Shown: one piece after another, positions 8,245 through 17,297 of the stretch | Position numbering within the stretch: the first letter of the stretch is position 1 | Layout: each line of letters opens with the position of its first letter | IMG/VR virus record: IMGVR_UViG_3300020048_000083 | Location: 1 to 64,000 of that record | Length of the DNA stretch: 64,000 nucleotides | Reading direction: 5' to 3' (one strand) | Origin: a virus | Lineage: Duplodnaviria; Caudoviricetes | Made by a program: the position numbers and the translations under genes | Notes under the pieces: generated by a model | What the model was told of the DNA's origin: nothing | Seen by the model: the letters and a program-made list of their open reading frames with translations, nothing else | Database searches by the model: none

Positions 8245-8589
8245 TTACTTTTTCTTTACTACCTTATTCCGTCGAACCGTTTCCAGCTCTTTGTTCAATT
8301 TGGCTATTTCCTTATCAATTTCTGTTTGGCGATTAACATCGAGCATTCTACGGTCGGTTGACTGTATCATTCTTTTTTCTGCCTTCAGACCTTCGATTTG
8401 CAGCATTAAGGAGAACTCTTCTGCCGTTACACTACTAACGCTATCAATCCGCTGGGTGTTATTACTAATAGCCTTTGTATTTTTAGCTATTGATTTACTT
8501 TGGTTACAGTTTTGTACTAAGTTGATCATCAAGAAGAAGACCAGCAATACAATACCGTAATCACGTAGCCACTTTAAAGTGTTTTCCAT
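8245..8589 (-). CDS. Small membrane-anchored coiled-coil protein (spanin-like?)
   Basis: ORF track, 114 aa. N-terminal TM GIVLLVFFLMINLV, then a Cys, then a coiled coil. Confidence 0.6.
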   Translation of the reverse strand: MENTLKWLRDYGIVLLVFFLMINLVQNCNQSKSIAKNTKAISNNTQRIDSVSSVTAEEFSLMLQIEGLKAEKRMIQSTDRRMLDVNRQTEIDKEIAKLNKELETVRRNKVVKKK

Positions 8590-8602
8590 AATTGTGTTTA
8601 TT

Positions 8603-8609
8603 ATAAATA
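8603..8609 (-). promoter_or_regulatory. TATTTAT putative late-promoter motif
   Basis: Minus-strand GATATTTATAA, 13 nt before ATG 8589, in the gap after the sigma gene. Confidence 0.55.
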
Positions 8610-8617
8610 TCTATTTA

Positions 8618-9382
8618 TTACTCAAAAAACTTGAACAGCATAGGGGCATTGAACCTCAGCTTCTTAATGGCTTGGTTCTTAACCTGACGCACACGTTCTT
8701 TCGTTAAATCCAGATTATCAGCAATTTGTTGAAGCGTAAGTGGCTCACCATCCAGACCATAATACTGCATGATTATGTCGCGTTCCCTCTTATTGAGAAT
8801 ACTCATAACCTGTTGTAGCGCAGTAGGAAGACCCATACCATCGTCCGAAGGCTGGGTAAATGCCGTATTATCTCCACCGTATAGCGTATTTATCAACTCT
8901 TCGCCGTCAAAACTAATTTGTTGATTAAGACTTTGCGTGCGATTAACACCTTGGTAGACACACCAATCCCCGTATTCCTTTTCAGTCATAGTTTTTTTGT
9001 TATCTTTCATGTCGTTAATAACGTTGACTGGTAACCTAACGGTTCTCGAATGTTCGTTTAATGCCTGTAAAATGGACTGCCTAATCCAGTGAACGGCATA
9101 GGAATAAAATCTGACTTCCCTATCACAATCAAATCTCCTAGCCGCCTTAACAAGACCGTAATTACCCTCGGCAATTAAATCTTGAAAATCTAGCCCCTGA
9201 TTCTGATATTCTTTAGCTACGGTAATAACAAACCGTAAATTAGCACGAATTAATTTTTCTAGCGCTTTAGGGCACCCAGCACGCAACTGCGCTATTACTT
9301 CATTTTCCTCAATCGGAGTGAGTACTTTAATCTTCCTAATGTCCCGTAAGTACGGTGAAATTTCGCTTTCGTTAATCCACAT
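8618..9382 (-). CDS. Phage-encoded sigma70-family (RpoD-like, region 1.1-less) sigma factor
   Basis: Region 1.2 PYLRDI; region 2 ANLRFVITVAKEY...DLIAEGNYGLVKAARRFD...SYAVHWIRQSI; region 4 HTH LTLQQIADNLDLTKERVRQVKNQAIKKLR. Confidence 0.95.
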   Translation of the reverse strand: MWINESEISPYLRDIRKIKVLTPIEENEVIAQLRAGCPKALEKLIRANLRFVITVAKEYQNQGLDFQDLIAEGNYGLVKAARRFDCDREVRFYSYAVHWIRQSILQALNEHSRTVRLPVNVINDMKDNKKTMTEKEYGDWCVYQGVNRTQSLNQQISFDGEELINTLYGGDNTAFTQPSDDGMGLPTALQQVMSILNKRERDIIMQYYGLDGEPLTLQQIADNLDLTKERVRQVKNQAIKKLRFNAPMLFKFFE

Positions 9383-9962
9383 CGTTTTCGTTGTTTTGGT
9401 TATCTTTTCTGTGTTTATCTTTATAACTTTTCAAAAAATCTAGCTCTGCTGGGGATAGTGAAGAATACCCAGTATTTCTCATTTTAATTAGAAGTTCATT
9501 AATAATGTCGTTGTCGGACAACGAAGGCTCTTCAACTTCTCTCGGTGGTATGGGTATAGCCTCTACAGGAGAAACTTGTCGCGTATATGGCATCCTATTA
9601 CCTATCGCGGTTAAAACATCGCGAAAAGCCTTAATATCGCTCCCAATCATATTATTTCTTTCCGACGAGGCATCTTCCATTTTTAACTTTAAATGTGGAG
9701 CCATATACCGTATGGATTTTTTTGTGGTCGGAAACACAAAGATCATATCAACCTGATCTTTCAGAGTGGCTAAAAACACTTCTTCTATATCTTTTATAGA
9801 TTTTTTACTATAAAAGTATACAACAAATATGTTAAAACCATAGATAAAGCTTAAACGTTTCCGCTTATCAGCGACAAGCTCCATAGCTCTATCTGCATGT
9901 GTAGGGTGACCGCCCAGCAAAATAGTTACATATTGTTTACTTCTGTTTGGTAGTAGGTTCAT
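9372..9962 (-). CDS. Hypothetical protein (196 aa) with a C-terminal helical hairpin resembling DUF6576
   Basis: ORF track. INELLIKMRNTGYSSLSPAELDFL resembles the ID-x-ILDKI...GY-x-SL-T-x-x-E motif (recalled, not searched). Confidence 0.65.
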   Translation of the reverse strand: MNLLPNRSKQYVTILLGGHPTHADRAMELVADKRKRLSFIYGFNIFVVYFYSKKSIKDIEEVFLATLKDQVDMIFVFPTTKKSIRYMAPHLKLKMEDASSERNNMIGSDIKAFRDVLTAIGNRMPYTRQVSPVEAIPIPPREVEEPSLSDNDIINELLIKMRNTGYSSLSPAELDFLKSYKDKHRKDNQNNENDVD

Positions 9963-12297
9963 TGGTAGATAAATAAGTTAAATCGTCAACTTTTCTGACA
10001 TTTATTATGTGATCAGCCCAATCCATCATAACTGGATTATGGGTTATGATAAATATTGAGTCGAAGTATTCTTTCATTCTTTCGAAAAATGCGCCCAGTA
10101 ACGACATATTTTCGTTGCCAACCTGTCCGAAAACTTCGTCAAATACAACGATGTTTGGCTTCGGTAATGAGCATACCTTGGAAAGAACACAACGTAAAGC
10201 AAGCAAAGATATTGTGGACTCATAGCCGCTGCCAGCCATTAATTTCTTTTCAATACCACCTTCATTATCCACCATCCAAAATTCAACCTCATTCTTATCG
10301 TTAAGCCTGATTTCAAGCTTAAACGGAACTGTATCAAACATCATCTGGTTAAGGTAAGAGTTAATGATCGGGATCATCGTTCCGAGTATCATCTTTGAAA
10401 TACCGTTCTTGCCGAATATAGCGATGTACGTGTTGTAAATCTTGTTGATAATTTCGTCGCGGGCAACTTCCTTTTTGGTATCTTTTAACCTTTCTATGGT
10501 GTTGGTAGTAGCCTCAATATCCTTTTCGTAACCCTTGAGCGTGAGTTTTTTACCGTCCCGATCTTCATTAAGATCAGACAACTGACGTTTTAAAGAAGCT
10601 ATTTGTGTGTCTATCTGACGGTTATCTTCAATAAATGTTTTATTGCTACGGTATTTTTCAAGCTTTTCATTGCCGCGAAGCAAATTGCCTCGGTAAGCGT
10701 CCAGCTCTACTTCGTTACGTTGAATTACCAATACAGCTTTGTCGTGGGTAGCCCAAGCGTCCTTAGTTTTTTCGTGCGATTCAATATCCGTATTCAGTGC
10801 GGTTATTGTTTTTCCGAGAGTATCAATTTCCGCACCAAAATCTGCAATCTCTTTGGTTTTCGAAGCAATCTCTCCGCTATGGTCAACGCCTTCCAATGGA
10901 CGCTTACAGGTAGGGCAGAACTCGCCGTTTTTAAGCTGTTCAATAACCCGCTCCCCCATACCCTTTTTAGTTCTGGCGGCACTGATCAGGTTGTTTGCTT
11001 CCTGAAGCTCACCCTTGATAGCGTTGTACGTATCAATATCAAAGTTGTCCTTCGGTACAACCAAATCCTTTTTAAGTGAAGTTATACTCGCTTCCTTATT
11101 CGTGATAGTTGATTCAAGCTTTGCGATACCGTCCAATATCTCTTCTTCCTGCACTTTGTACAATTCCTCGTCCACATTTTGATGTTTTTTCAGACCAGCT
11201 ATTTCAATATCTTTGGTCTGATTAAGTATTTTACCCTCAACATCAGTAAGTTGCATCTGAACGGCAGCGGCAAGCGATTTGTAGTCTTCTAGCTTAACAC
11301 CTTCGTCCACAATTTGTTGATCCAATGCCGCCGTGTTGGTTATATTCAATTTTGACGTCTTAACCCACTCGGATTGCATAACCTTGCACATATCAGCTTT
11401 CTCGGCTAACACTTCCACGCCGATGAAACGTGTAAATATTCTACCGCGCTCGGTAGGCTTAGAGTCTATCAGTGAGTAAAAATTCTTGATCGTGGTGATT
11501 ATGGTTAACAGGAAATCATCATATTCACCAATGTACTCGGTGATCTTTTTATCTGTAGCCTGACGTTTTTCACCCTTCAAGTTTTCCCACCCGCCATCAG
11601 CCAGCGGCATATAAAACTCAAGGCTACTCTTGACGGTATACCCAGATTTATCACGTTTGAGCGTTCTGGTAACAAGTCGCTCGATCATATAGCGCTCGCT
11701 GTCCACTTTAATGGCGGCTTTAACCGAAACTTTATCAGAATTCGTATACTTGTTAAACACATCTTCCAATGTTTCCATTTTAGTACATTTACCGAAGAAC
11801 ACAAACGTTAGCGCATCAACGATTCCAGACGTTTTTCCAGCTTTATTCTGTGGCTCCGACTTAACTACATTCAAACCCCTGTGCTTTTCCAAGTCCAGAA
11901 CCTGATCTTTGTCGGCATACGATAAAAAGTTGTTTAGTATAATCTGGTCAATATCAAACTTCTTGTAACGCATATTCAACTCCTTACTGGATTCAATCTT
12001 CGAATTAACGTTGTCATCCAGCTTGATAAGGTGTTGCCAGTTTACTTCAATCTGGTTATCCTCAATGTATTTCTTCATTAGCCTGCGCTGGTACTGGGTG
12101 TCCATTACCTGATCTGTCGCATCAGCCTGAATATCTTTCATATCTTCGGAGCTGGCGTTCTTTATTGCGCGGAACACAACATTGACTCTCGCCGTGTACT
12201 TCTTTTCGAAATACCGTTGTATCTCGCGTTCGCGGGCTATACTGTAGTTATCCAGAATGTCGTCCCAATATACTTTGATATAAGTAGTATTTAGCAT
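9937..12297 (-). CDS. sbcC: SbcC/Rad50/gp46-like SMC ATPase of the recombination nuclease
   Basis: LNNFLSY, Walker A NKAGKTS, long coiled coil with zinc hook CPTC, signature AGSGYE, Walker B VVFDEVFG, H-loop IITH. Confidence 0.93.
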   Translation of the reverse strand: MLNTTYIKVYWDDILDNYSIAREREIQRYFEKKYTARVNVVFRAIKNASSEDMKDIQADATDQVMDTQYQRRLMKKYIEDNQIEVNWQHLIKLDDNVNSKIESSKELNMRYKKFDIDQIILNNFLSYADKDQVLDLEKHRGLNVVKSEPQNKAGKTSGIVDALTFVFFGKCTKMETLEDVFNKYTNSDKVSVKAAIKVDSERYMIERLVTRTLKRDKSGYTVKSSLEFYMPLADGGWENLKGEKRQATDKKITEYIGEYDDFLLTIITTIKNFYSLIDSKPTERGRIFTRFIGVEVLAEKADMCKVMQSEWVKTSKLNITNTAALDQQIVDEGVKLEDYKSLAAAVQMQLTDVEGKILNQTKDIEIAGLKKHQNVDEELYKVQEEEILDGIAKLESTITNKEASITSLKKDLVVPKDNFDIDTYNAIKGELQEANNLISAARTKKGMGERVIEQLKNGEFCPTCKRPLEGVDHSGEIASKTKEIADFGAEIDTLGKTITALNTDIESHEKTKDAWATHDKAVLVIQRNEVELDAYRGNLLRGNEKLEKYRSNKTFIEDNRQIDTQIASLKRQLSDLNEDRDGKKLTLKGYEKDIEATTNTIERLKDTKKEVARDEIINKIYNTYIAIFGKNGISKMILGTMIPIINSYLNQMMFDTVPFKLEIRLNDKNEVEFWMVDNEGGIEKKLMAGSGYESTISLLALRCVLSKVCSLPKPNIVVFDEVFGQVGNENMSLLGAFFERMKEYFDSIFIITHNPVMMDWADHIINVRKVDDLTYLSTNEPTTKQK

Positions 12298-12314
12298 AAG
12301 GTTTCCTTTATCAA

Positions 12315-13100
12315 TTATTTATTCAGTAATTTTTCGGCGCCGTTGGCAATGTCTTCGAAGTCCATAATCTGAAACGTCATATACTTGACATTCGGCTCAA
12401 TATTCACAAATTCGTAGGTGTTACCCTTCGTGTTGAATACACAGTACCCGTGCTCATATAAACTTTCACGGTATGCTTGCTGAAGGAAACTGCCAACCAT
12501 AATGATCGGCGCACCTATGTTATTCTTAACCACAAATCGGTTATGAAGGTCACCGCAAAAAACGGCGTCCAGATCGTCGAATATGCGGGTGTTAACGCCT
12601 TCGTCAAACTGATAGTCGGTATTAGTTTTGGCGCCCTGTATCTTCCCGTGGAATAGCCCGTAGTAACGTTGGTCTGGGTCTTTAGCTTCCACAGCGGGTA
12701 TGATACCATCGTATATGCTGTAGACCAACCAGTTTACGTTTTCGTCCTTATAAACGCCGCTATCCTTGTAAAATTTGATTCTTGGGTTCTTTAATCGGTT
12801 AATGATCGGGGTGATAGCGTCCATCCTGTCTTTATTTTCTTCCACGAAGTCGTGGTTGCCTAATATGGCGACGGTAACGGCAATTTCGGCGCATTCTTCC
12901 AAGAACCAACCAGCCAAATCCATAGCCTCAGGTGATGGTTGATTCTTGGCGTGAATAAGGTCACCTGTGATCACAATGCGGTCTGGGTGGACTACCTCTC
13001 TCATATCGTAAATGAACCTGTCCATAGAAGCCCTGCATTCGTCCAGCTTCTGGTAGTTCATTATATGAATGTCCGATAAATGTACAATCTTTTCTATCAT
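12315..13100 (-). CDS. sbcD: SbcD/Mre11/gp47-like metallophosphoesterase nuclease
   Basis: Motifs HLSDIH, GDLIH, GNHD, FHG and GDLH; adjacent to sbcC. Confidence 0.93.
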   Translation of the reverse strand: MIEKIVHLSDIHIMNYQKLDECRASMDRFIYDMREVVHPDRIVITGDLIHAKNQPSPEAMDLAGWFLEECAEIAVTVAILGNHDFVEENKDRMDAITPIINRLKNPRIKFYKDSGVYKDENVNWLVYSIYDGIIPAVEAKDPDQRYYGLFHGKIQGAKTNTDYQFDEGVNTRIFDDLDAVFCGDLHNRFVVKNNIGAPIIMVGSFLQQAYRESLYEHGYCVFNTKGNTYEFVNIEPNVKYMTFQIMDFEDIANGAEKLLNK

Positions 13101-13387
13101 AGGAATTTTAGTTTTTTAAGTTTAAACTTAACGTAATTTTTATGTATTATCTCTATTCCATTAAAGCTATCTAAGCAAGGTAGTATTAGGTGACCCAATT
13201 CGGAGTGTAAAAACTCTTCGTATATATTGTCGTCCTGTACTATAATTTTATCTATTCTGAACCCGCGAATTCTATCGGATGGAACAGTTCTGCTTCTATT
13301 ACCTTCCACCAAATATATGGACGACCCGAAAGATTTCCAACCCTCGCTCACTATAATAGTTCTCGCAGGTTTATCCCAAGTTATCAT
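13097..13387 (-). CDS. Hypothetical protein (96 aa)
   Basis: ORF track; fills the gap with 4-nt overlaps on both sides. Confidence 0.7.
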   Translation of the reverse strand: MITWDKPARTIIVSEGWKSFGSSIYLVEGNRSRTVPSDRIRGFRIDKIIVQDDNIYEEFLHSELGHLILPCLDSFNGIEIIHKNYVKFKLKKLKFL

Positions 13388-14124
13388 AGTGAATTTGAAA
13401 AATGGTCAATCATTCTCATTACGTCAGTCTTTAGGTACGGCAGGTACATCACCTTCCATACACCAGTTTGTGCTTCAATCTCGTTACCCCTGTCCCAGTA
13501 CAAAATACCAAGCGTGCCTACCTTCTTTCCTGTTTCCAGTTCGTAAAAGTAAGCATAAGTTGATATCTGCATACAATAAATGTTATATTTTGTCTGGCTC
13601 AGGTGCGATAGCGGGAATTTAAGCCACGTATCATAGTCATTCATAAACGTCATTTCCCTGTTGGTCTTGAAGTCCCAGACGTTGAATTTCTTCTCGTCCA
13701 CGTCTTCAATAAGGTCGCCGCACCCAGCTATACCCTTTGCTTTTGTTATGGGATGCGTTAGTACATACTCGGGCTTAATGATTCTATGGTTATTAATCAT
13801 TTTGAGCTTGGCGAACTCTTCAATTACGGTGCGCTCAAAATCATCCCGCGGGATATACATATTCTGTTGGTTCAAAAAATGCCGCTCCATAATAGAGTGA
13901 ACCATTTTACCGTACACTATGGCTATCCTGTTTATTTCCTTCCATTCGTCCAGAATATCCTGCTGCTCCCTGCCGTCACGCAAAGCTATGCGCTTCGAAT
14001 GGAAGTCAGCGTCAAACGGCACCTCGTACTTGTGTAATACCGTTGTAACCGACGTATACAGGTAGTCGAGATTATCTAAATTAATGTACTTGTGATCTTC
14101 TTCTCTTAAAATTACTCTACCCAT
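13384..14124 (-). CDS. PD-(D/E)XK family exonuclease (RecB/Cas4-like fold, no Fe-S cysteines)
   Basis: YTSVTTVL, GKMVHSIME, GIAGCGDLI, VWDFKTN and QISTYAY. Confidence 0.88.
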   Translation of the reverse strand: MGRVILREEDHKYINLDNLDYLYTSVTTVLHKYEVPFDADFHSKRIALRDGREQQDILDEWKEINRIAIVYGKMVHSIMERHFLNQQNMYIPRDDFERTVIEEFAKLKMINNHRIIKPEYVLTHPITKAKGIAGCGDLIEDVDEKKFNVWDFKTNREMTFMNDYDTWLKFPLSHLSQTKYNIYCMQISTYAYFYELETGKKVGTLGILYWDRGNEIEAQTGVWKVMYLPYLKTDVMRMIDHFSNSL

Positions 14125-15092
14125 CAGTCTTTTAGTCTATAGCTTTGCATTAGCTGCTTTTTATAGTTTTCGAACCCGAACTTTTCAAAATACTTGGCTG
14201 GGTCATAATACTTAGGCATAAAGTTAATAAGTATTTTACCAAGTAGTCTTCCGCCATCTAACTGCCTATAAAATTCAACACCTTCGTCAACGGCGTCGGG
14301 GTCAGTTAGTATAACTATTTTATTTTTAGCTTTTTCGTATATGGTTTGATGTAGCAGAGGGTAAATACCCTTCCCGAGCATAGGGATAGAATTGGGGGTT
14401 GCGACGTGATCAAACGGGCCTTCGACTAAAAATACCCATTTATCCCAATCAATAAGCGCTTCATTAAATATGATCATTTCCTTATCGGCGTCGCAGTTCA
14501 TGTACTTCGGCTTCGCGTTCTTATCTATAGCCCGCGTCACAAAGTAGTTCCAGTTATCTTCCTCGTCCAAGGAAGGTATAACAATTTTGTCGGCGTACTT
14601 ACCATCGTAGCACCAACCGATATGATATTTTTTTATGAGTTCGTTTGTGATGCCTCTACCGTTTAAATACTGATAAGCCCTGCGGTAAACCCCAAGGCTT
14701 TGTTTATCAGCTAATGAAATGTATTCTGACGGTATAATGATTTTTCGGTCTACCCGCTCAATTTTTTCACCGTCTTTGTTGACGTATTCGTATTCCATAC
14801 CAAGCGTCTGGTATATAACCAAGTCGCGTTGGTCGCCGAATCTGTAGAATAGGTCGTATATTGTGCCGTGCGTACCTTCGGTTTTACCGCACGACCAGCA
14901 ATTGTATACACCTTTACCGTAATGAACTTCTAGATTATACTTGTTGTCACTGACCACGTTCTTTAATGCCGCACAAGTTGGGCAATTAAACGCCATGTGC
15001 ATTTGCGATTCGTGGTGCTTGCGAAAATCACCCAATACCTTCGTGAGTAGGTTAACCAATATAGGGTACTTTCCTTCGTTCGGTGAGTCCAT
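14124..15092 (-). CDS. dnaG: DNA primase (zinc finger plus TOPRIM)
   Basis: CPTC...CWSC zinc finger, KPKYMN, TOPRIM LVEGPFD and TDPDA. ATG 15092 (MDSPNEG) chosen because it lies just downstream of a promoter; the track extends to 15230. Confidence 0.88.
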   Translation of the reverse strand: MDSPNEGKYPILVNLLTKVLGDFRKHHESQMHMAFNCPTCAALKNVVSDNKYNLEVHYGKGVYNCWSCGKTEGTHGTIYDLFYRFGDQRDLVIYQTLGMEYEYVNKDGEKIERVDRKIIIPSEYISLADKQSLGVYRRAYQYLNGRGITNELIKKYHIGWCYDGKYADKIVIPSLDEEDNWNYFVTRAIDKNAKPKYMNCDADKEMIIFNEALIDWDKWVFLVEGPFDHVATPNSIPMLGKGIYPLLHQTIYEKAKNKIVILTDPDAVDEGVEFYRQLDGGRLLGKILINFMPKYYDPAKYFEKFGFENYKKQLMQSYRLKD

Positions 15093-15107
15093 CCAAGTAA
15101 TTTTCCG

Positions 15108-15138
15108 CAAATATACACATATAATCGGGAAATCCAAA
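15108..15138 (-). promoter_or_regulatory. Bacteroidota primary-sigma promoter (-33/-7) upstream of primase
   Basis: Minus strand TTTG (15138-15135), 19-nt spacer, TATATTTG (15115-15108). Confidence 0.8.
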
Positions 15139-15157
15139 AGAAAATGAAAAAAAATAG

Positions 15158-15811
15158 TTAAATAGATTTTAGAACACCATTTTGAACTATCCAGTACCCA
15201 TACTTTCTCATTTCCCCGATAGCCGCGCAAGCCGCGTCGCTCATATCAAAGTTCTCTTTCATTAGGTTACCCTTCTTGCCGTAAAGCCATTTGATATTCG
15301 GAAATAATTTAGATAGCATTTCCCACACAACCTGTTTTTTGTCAGTATCTTTCGGATACCCGCCAAACAATACAATGTTGCCGCCCGAATTAGGCTGCAT
15401 CAGCTCTGGAAAACCATTTTTACGGGCTTCATATGTGGAAATATAGGTTGGAACTACGTGGAACTTATCATAGATGATCTTCGATATAATTCCGTTAAAT
15501 CGTAGCAGCACAGCCACTGTATTCAGGTTGTTCGACCTTAATAGCGGCTCTTCAATAATGACTCGGGTAATAGGAAATCCGTCGTACTTGCTAATGAACT
15601 TAGCAAATAGATCAGCCTTCAGCATAACTTCCTCTGTCTTAGTGGTAGGCAATGGTTTTGCCTTAGGAGAAATATGGGTCAGCTCATAGAGCGACCCATC
15701 ATCCCTGAATAATGCAACTCCGATGGTCTTGGTGGACACGTCCAGTCCAAGTATGAAGTTGTCTTTGTGTTTTTCTATCGGATTATCCGACGTCGTTCCC
15801 GTTATCGACAT
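15158..15811 (-). CDS. ruvC: RuvC-like Holliday junction resolvase
   Basis: RNase H-fold catalytic motifs ILGLDVSTKTIGVA, VIIEEP and FDMSDAACAA. Confidence 0.8.
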   Translation of the reverse strand: MSITGTTSDNPIEKHKDNFILGLDVSTKTIGVALFRDDGSLYELTHISPKAKPLPTTKTEEVMLKADLFAKFISKYDGFPITRVIIEEPLLRSNNLNTVAVLLRFNGIISKIIYDKFHVVPTYISTYEARKNGFPELMQPNSGGNIVLFGGYPKDTDKKQVVWEMLSKLFPNIKWLYGKKGNLMKENFDMSDAACAAIGEMRKYGYWIVQNGVLKSI

Positions 15812-16157
15812 TTTCGCCCCCTTCGCGTTTTTTCTTTTCCGCTAACAATCCATCGTACAGCTTACGCTCACGTGCATTAAGTTTCTTGAGAATATTTATA
15901 TCCTCGGCTTCAATAGCGGTTTTTATAAGATGAATCCTGCGTTGCTCAAACGGCGACAGGTTCATATGGAAAACAGTTTTCTTTATTGTATATGGTTTAC
16001 CCAAGTTCAATTTACCCTTTTTCTCTGGGTCTGGGTCTAACATAGTTATAATCTGAGTGTGCGCCATACGCCCCTCAAGGTGCCCCCGATTGTTGTGGGG
16101 AATTGGAGTAAGATTCTTTTTTGGTGTCTTACTCTTAATTCTTCTGCTCTTTGCCAT
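15783..16157 (-). CDS. Basic hypothetical protein (124 aa)
   Basis: ORF track; Lys/Arg-rich; preceded by a -7-type element. Confidence 0.7.
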   Translation of the reverse strand: MAKSRRIKSKTPKKNLTPIPHNNRGHLEGRMAHTQIITMLDPDPEKKGKLNLGKPYTIKKTVFHMNLSPFEQRRIHLIKTAIEAEDINILKKLNARERKLYDGLLAEKKKREGGENVDNGNDVG

Positions 16158-16183
16158 AGTATAATGGTTTAGTGATTATGCTA

Positions 16184-16213
16184 CAAAAATAGACATAGAA
16201 GAAAAAAAGTAAA
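16184..16213 (-). promoter_or_regulatory. Possible Bacteroidota-type promoter (-7 TATTTTTG)
   Basis: TAnnTTTG match at 16191-16184. The -33 position has TTTA rather than TTTG. Confidence 0.5.
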
Positions 16214-16681
16214 TTAAAAGCCCCAAACTAATAAATAAATTATGGTTGTTGCTATCGTTACTACCGTGTATATGAATTTGATAGTGGGTAAATATTTCCC
16301 GATCGCCAAATCAATTTTTGAATAAGTTCCTGTCTTCTGGCTTCCCGAATAAAAGAATTTACGAAGCCACTTGAATCGATCCTGTTTAATGTATGGGTTA
16401 AGGTTTCTCGTTATATTTGACCACCCGTCATAACCTACCCACGCGAACCATAACGTGATAAACGACCAAAATGCAAACTCATACCAATTAGGTATAACCT
16501 GTACCACCAACGCCAACCCAAGTGCTATACGTTGCCAGAAGCCAAAGGTATGCCATTTCTCTTGGCACATTTTATAATCTACCGTATCGGTAGTAGAAAG
16601 CTGGCGTAACCACCAGCCTTCTTTCTTACCAGTAAAATATAACGCCGCCAGTATGAGGGCGATAGATAAATATAAAAGCAT
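16214..16681 (-). CDS. Membrane protein (155 aa, about 4 TM)
   Basis: ORF track; several hydrophobic, Trp-rich segments. Confidence 0.75.
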   Translation of the reverse strand: MLLYLSIALILAALYFTGKKEGWWLRQLSTTDTVDYKMCQEKWHTFGFWQRIALGLALVVQVIPNWYEFAFWSFITLWFAWVGYDGWSNITRNLNPYIKQDRFKWLRKFFYSGSQKTGTYSKIDLAIGKYLPTIKFIYTVVTIATTIIYLLVWGF

Positions 16682-17280
16682 TATAATGATTGACTTAATA
16701 ATTTATTACGCCTACGCGTTTCCTTCATTTGCTCAATCGACGCTATAGTGTGCCGCTTACCAAGCCTTGGGTGGGCGTGCGTTGCATAGTACCCAGACAT
16801 TTGTTTAGATTTTGCTTCTTTGAACTCGTCTGTATGTTTAACCTTTGGTTTCGGTCTATTGGCAGTTTTCAGCGTTAATATCAATTTTTGTTTAGCTTCT
16901 GAAGACATTGGAGTATTTTTGTTCCAAGGTGTTTGACCTTTTTTAATACCAGACATATTTTCCCTCATTTCGGCTGTCCAAATAACTGTGCCATCACCGC
17001 CATCCGTCCCATTTACTAAATCAAATCCCCATGCTCTGAATTGTGATATCCAATACCGTTCATAAAGCTCCCAGCCTTTCGACGGAGCCACGTCCAGTAT
17101 TTCAATAATAGGTCGTTTTCCAGATGCTACTATATTATTAATCCACCTAGCTCTACGATGTTTTTCATTTTTACATTCCAAAATATGCATTGTTAACCTT
17201 CTTACTAGGTTATTAGCTTTCCCTATATAACGAACATCGCCAGTATCGGGATCGGATAACGTATAAATAAAAGTATCCAT
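16681..17280 (-). CDS. Free-standing GIY-YIG homing endonuclease with NUMOD3-like C-terminal motifs
   Basis: FIYTL...RYIGKANNLVRRLTMH, ELYERYWI...DLVNGTDGGDG, and KHTDEFKE / RHTIASIEQM repeats. ATG 17280 preferred over the track start 17340. Confidence 0.88.
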   Translation of the reverse strand: MDTFIYTLSDPDTGDVRYIGKANNLVRRLTMHILECKNEKHRRARWINNIVASGKRPIIEILDVAPSKGWELYERYWISQFRAWGFDLVNGTDGGDGTVIWTAEMRENMSGIKKGQTPWNKNTPMSSEAKQKLILTLKTANRPKPKVKHTDEFKEAKSKQMSGYYATHAHPRLGKRHTIASIEQMKETRRRNKLLSQSL

Positions 17281-17297
17281 AAATAATTCCTTAGTAA

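Noticed and set aside
13384-14124. Cas4 or CRISPR association of the PD-(D/E)XK nuclease; CRISPR array anywhere in the window
   Set aside because: It lacks the four Fe-S cysteines, there are no other cas genes, and no repeat-spacer array was seen. The only tandem repeats are in-frame coding repeats.
16681-17297. Group I intron surrounding the GIY-YIG gene (also considered for the HNH gene at 45587-46117)
   Set aside because: Flanking genes are complete on each side, and there is no non-coding room (17 nt or less on at least one side) for a ribozyme core.
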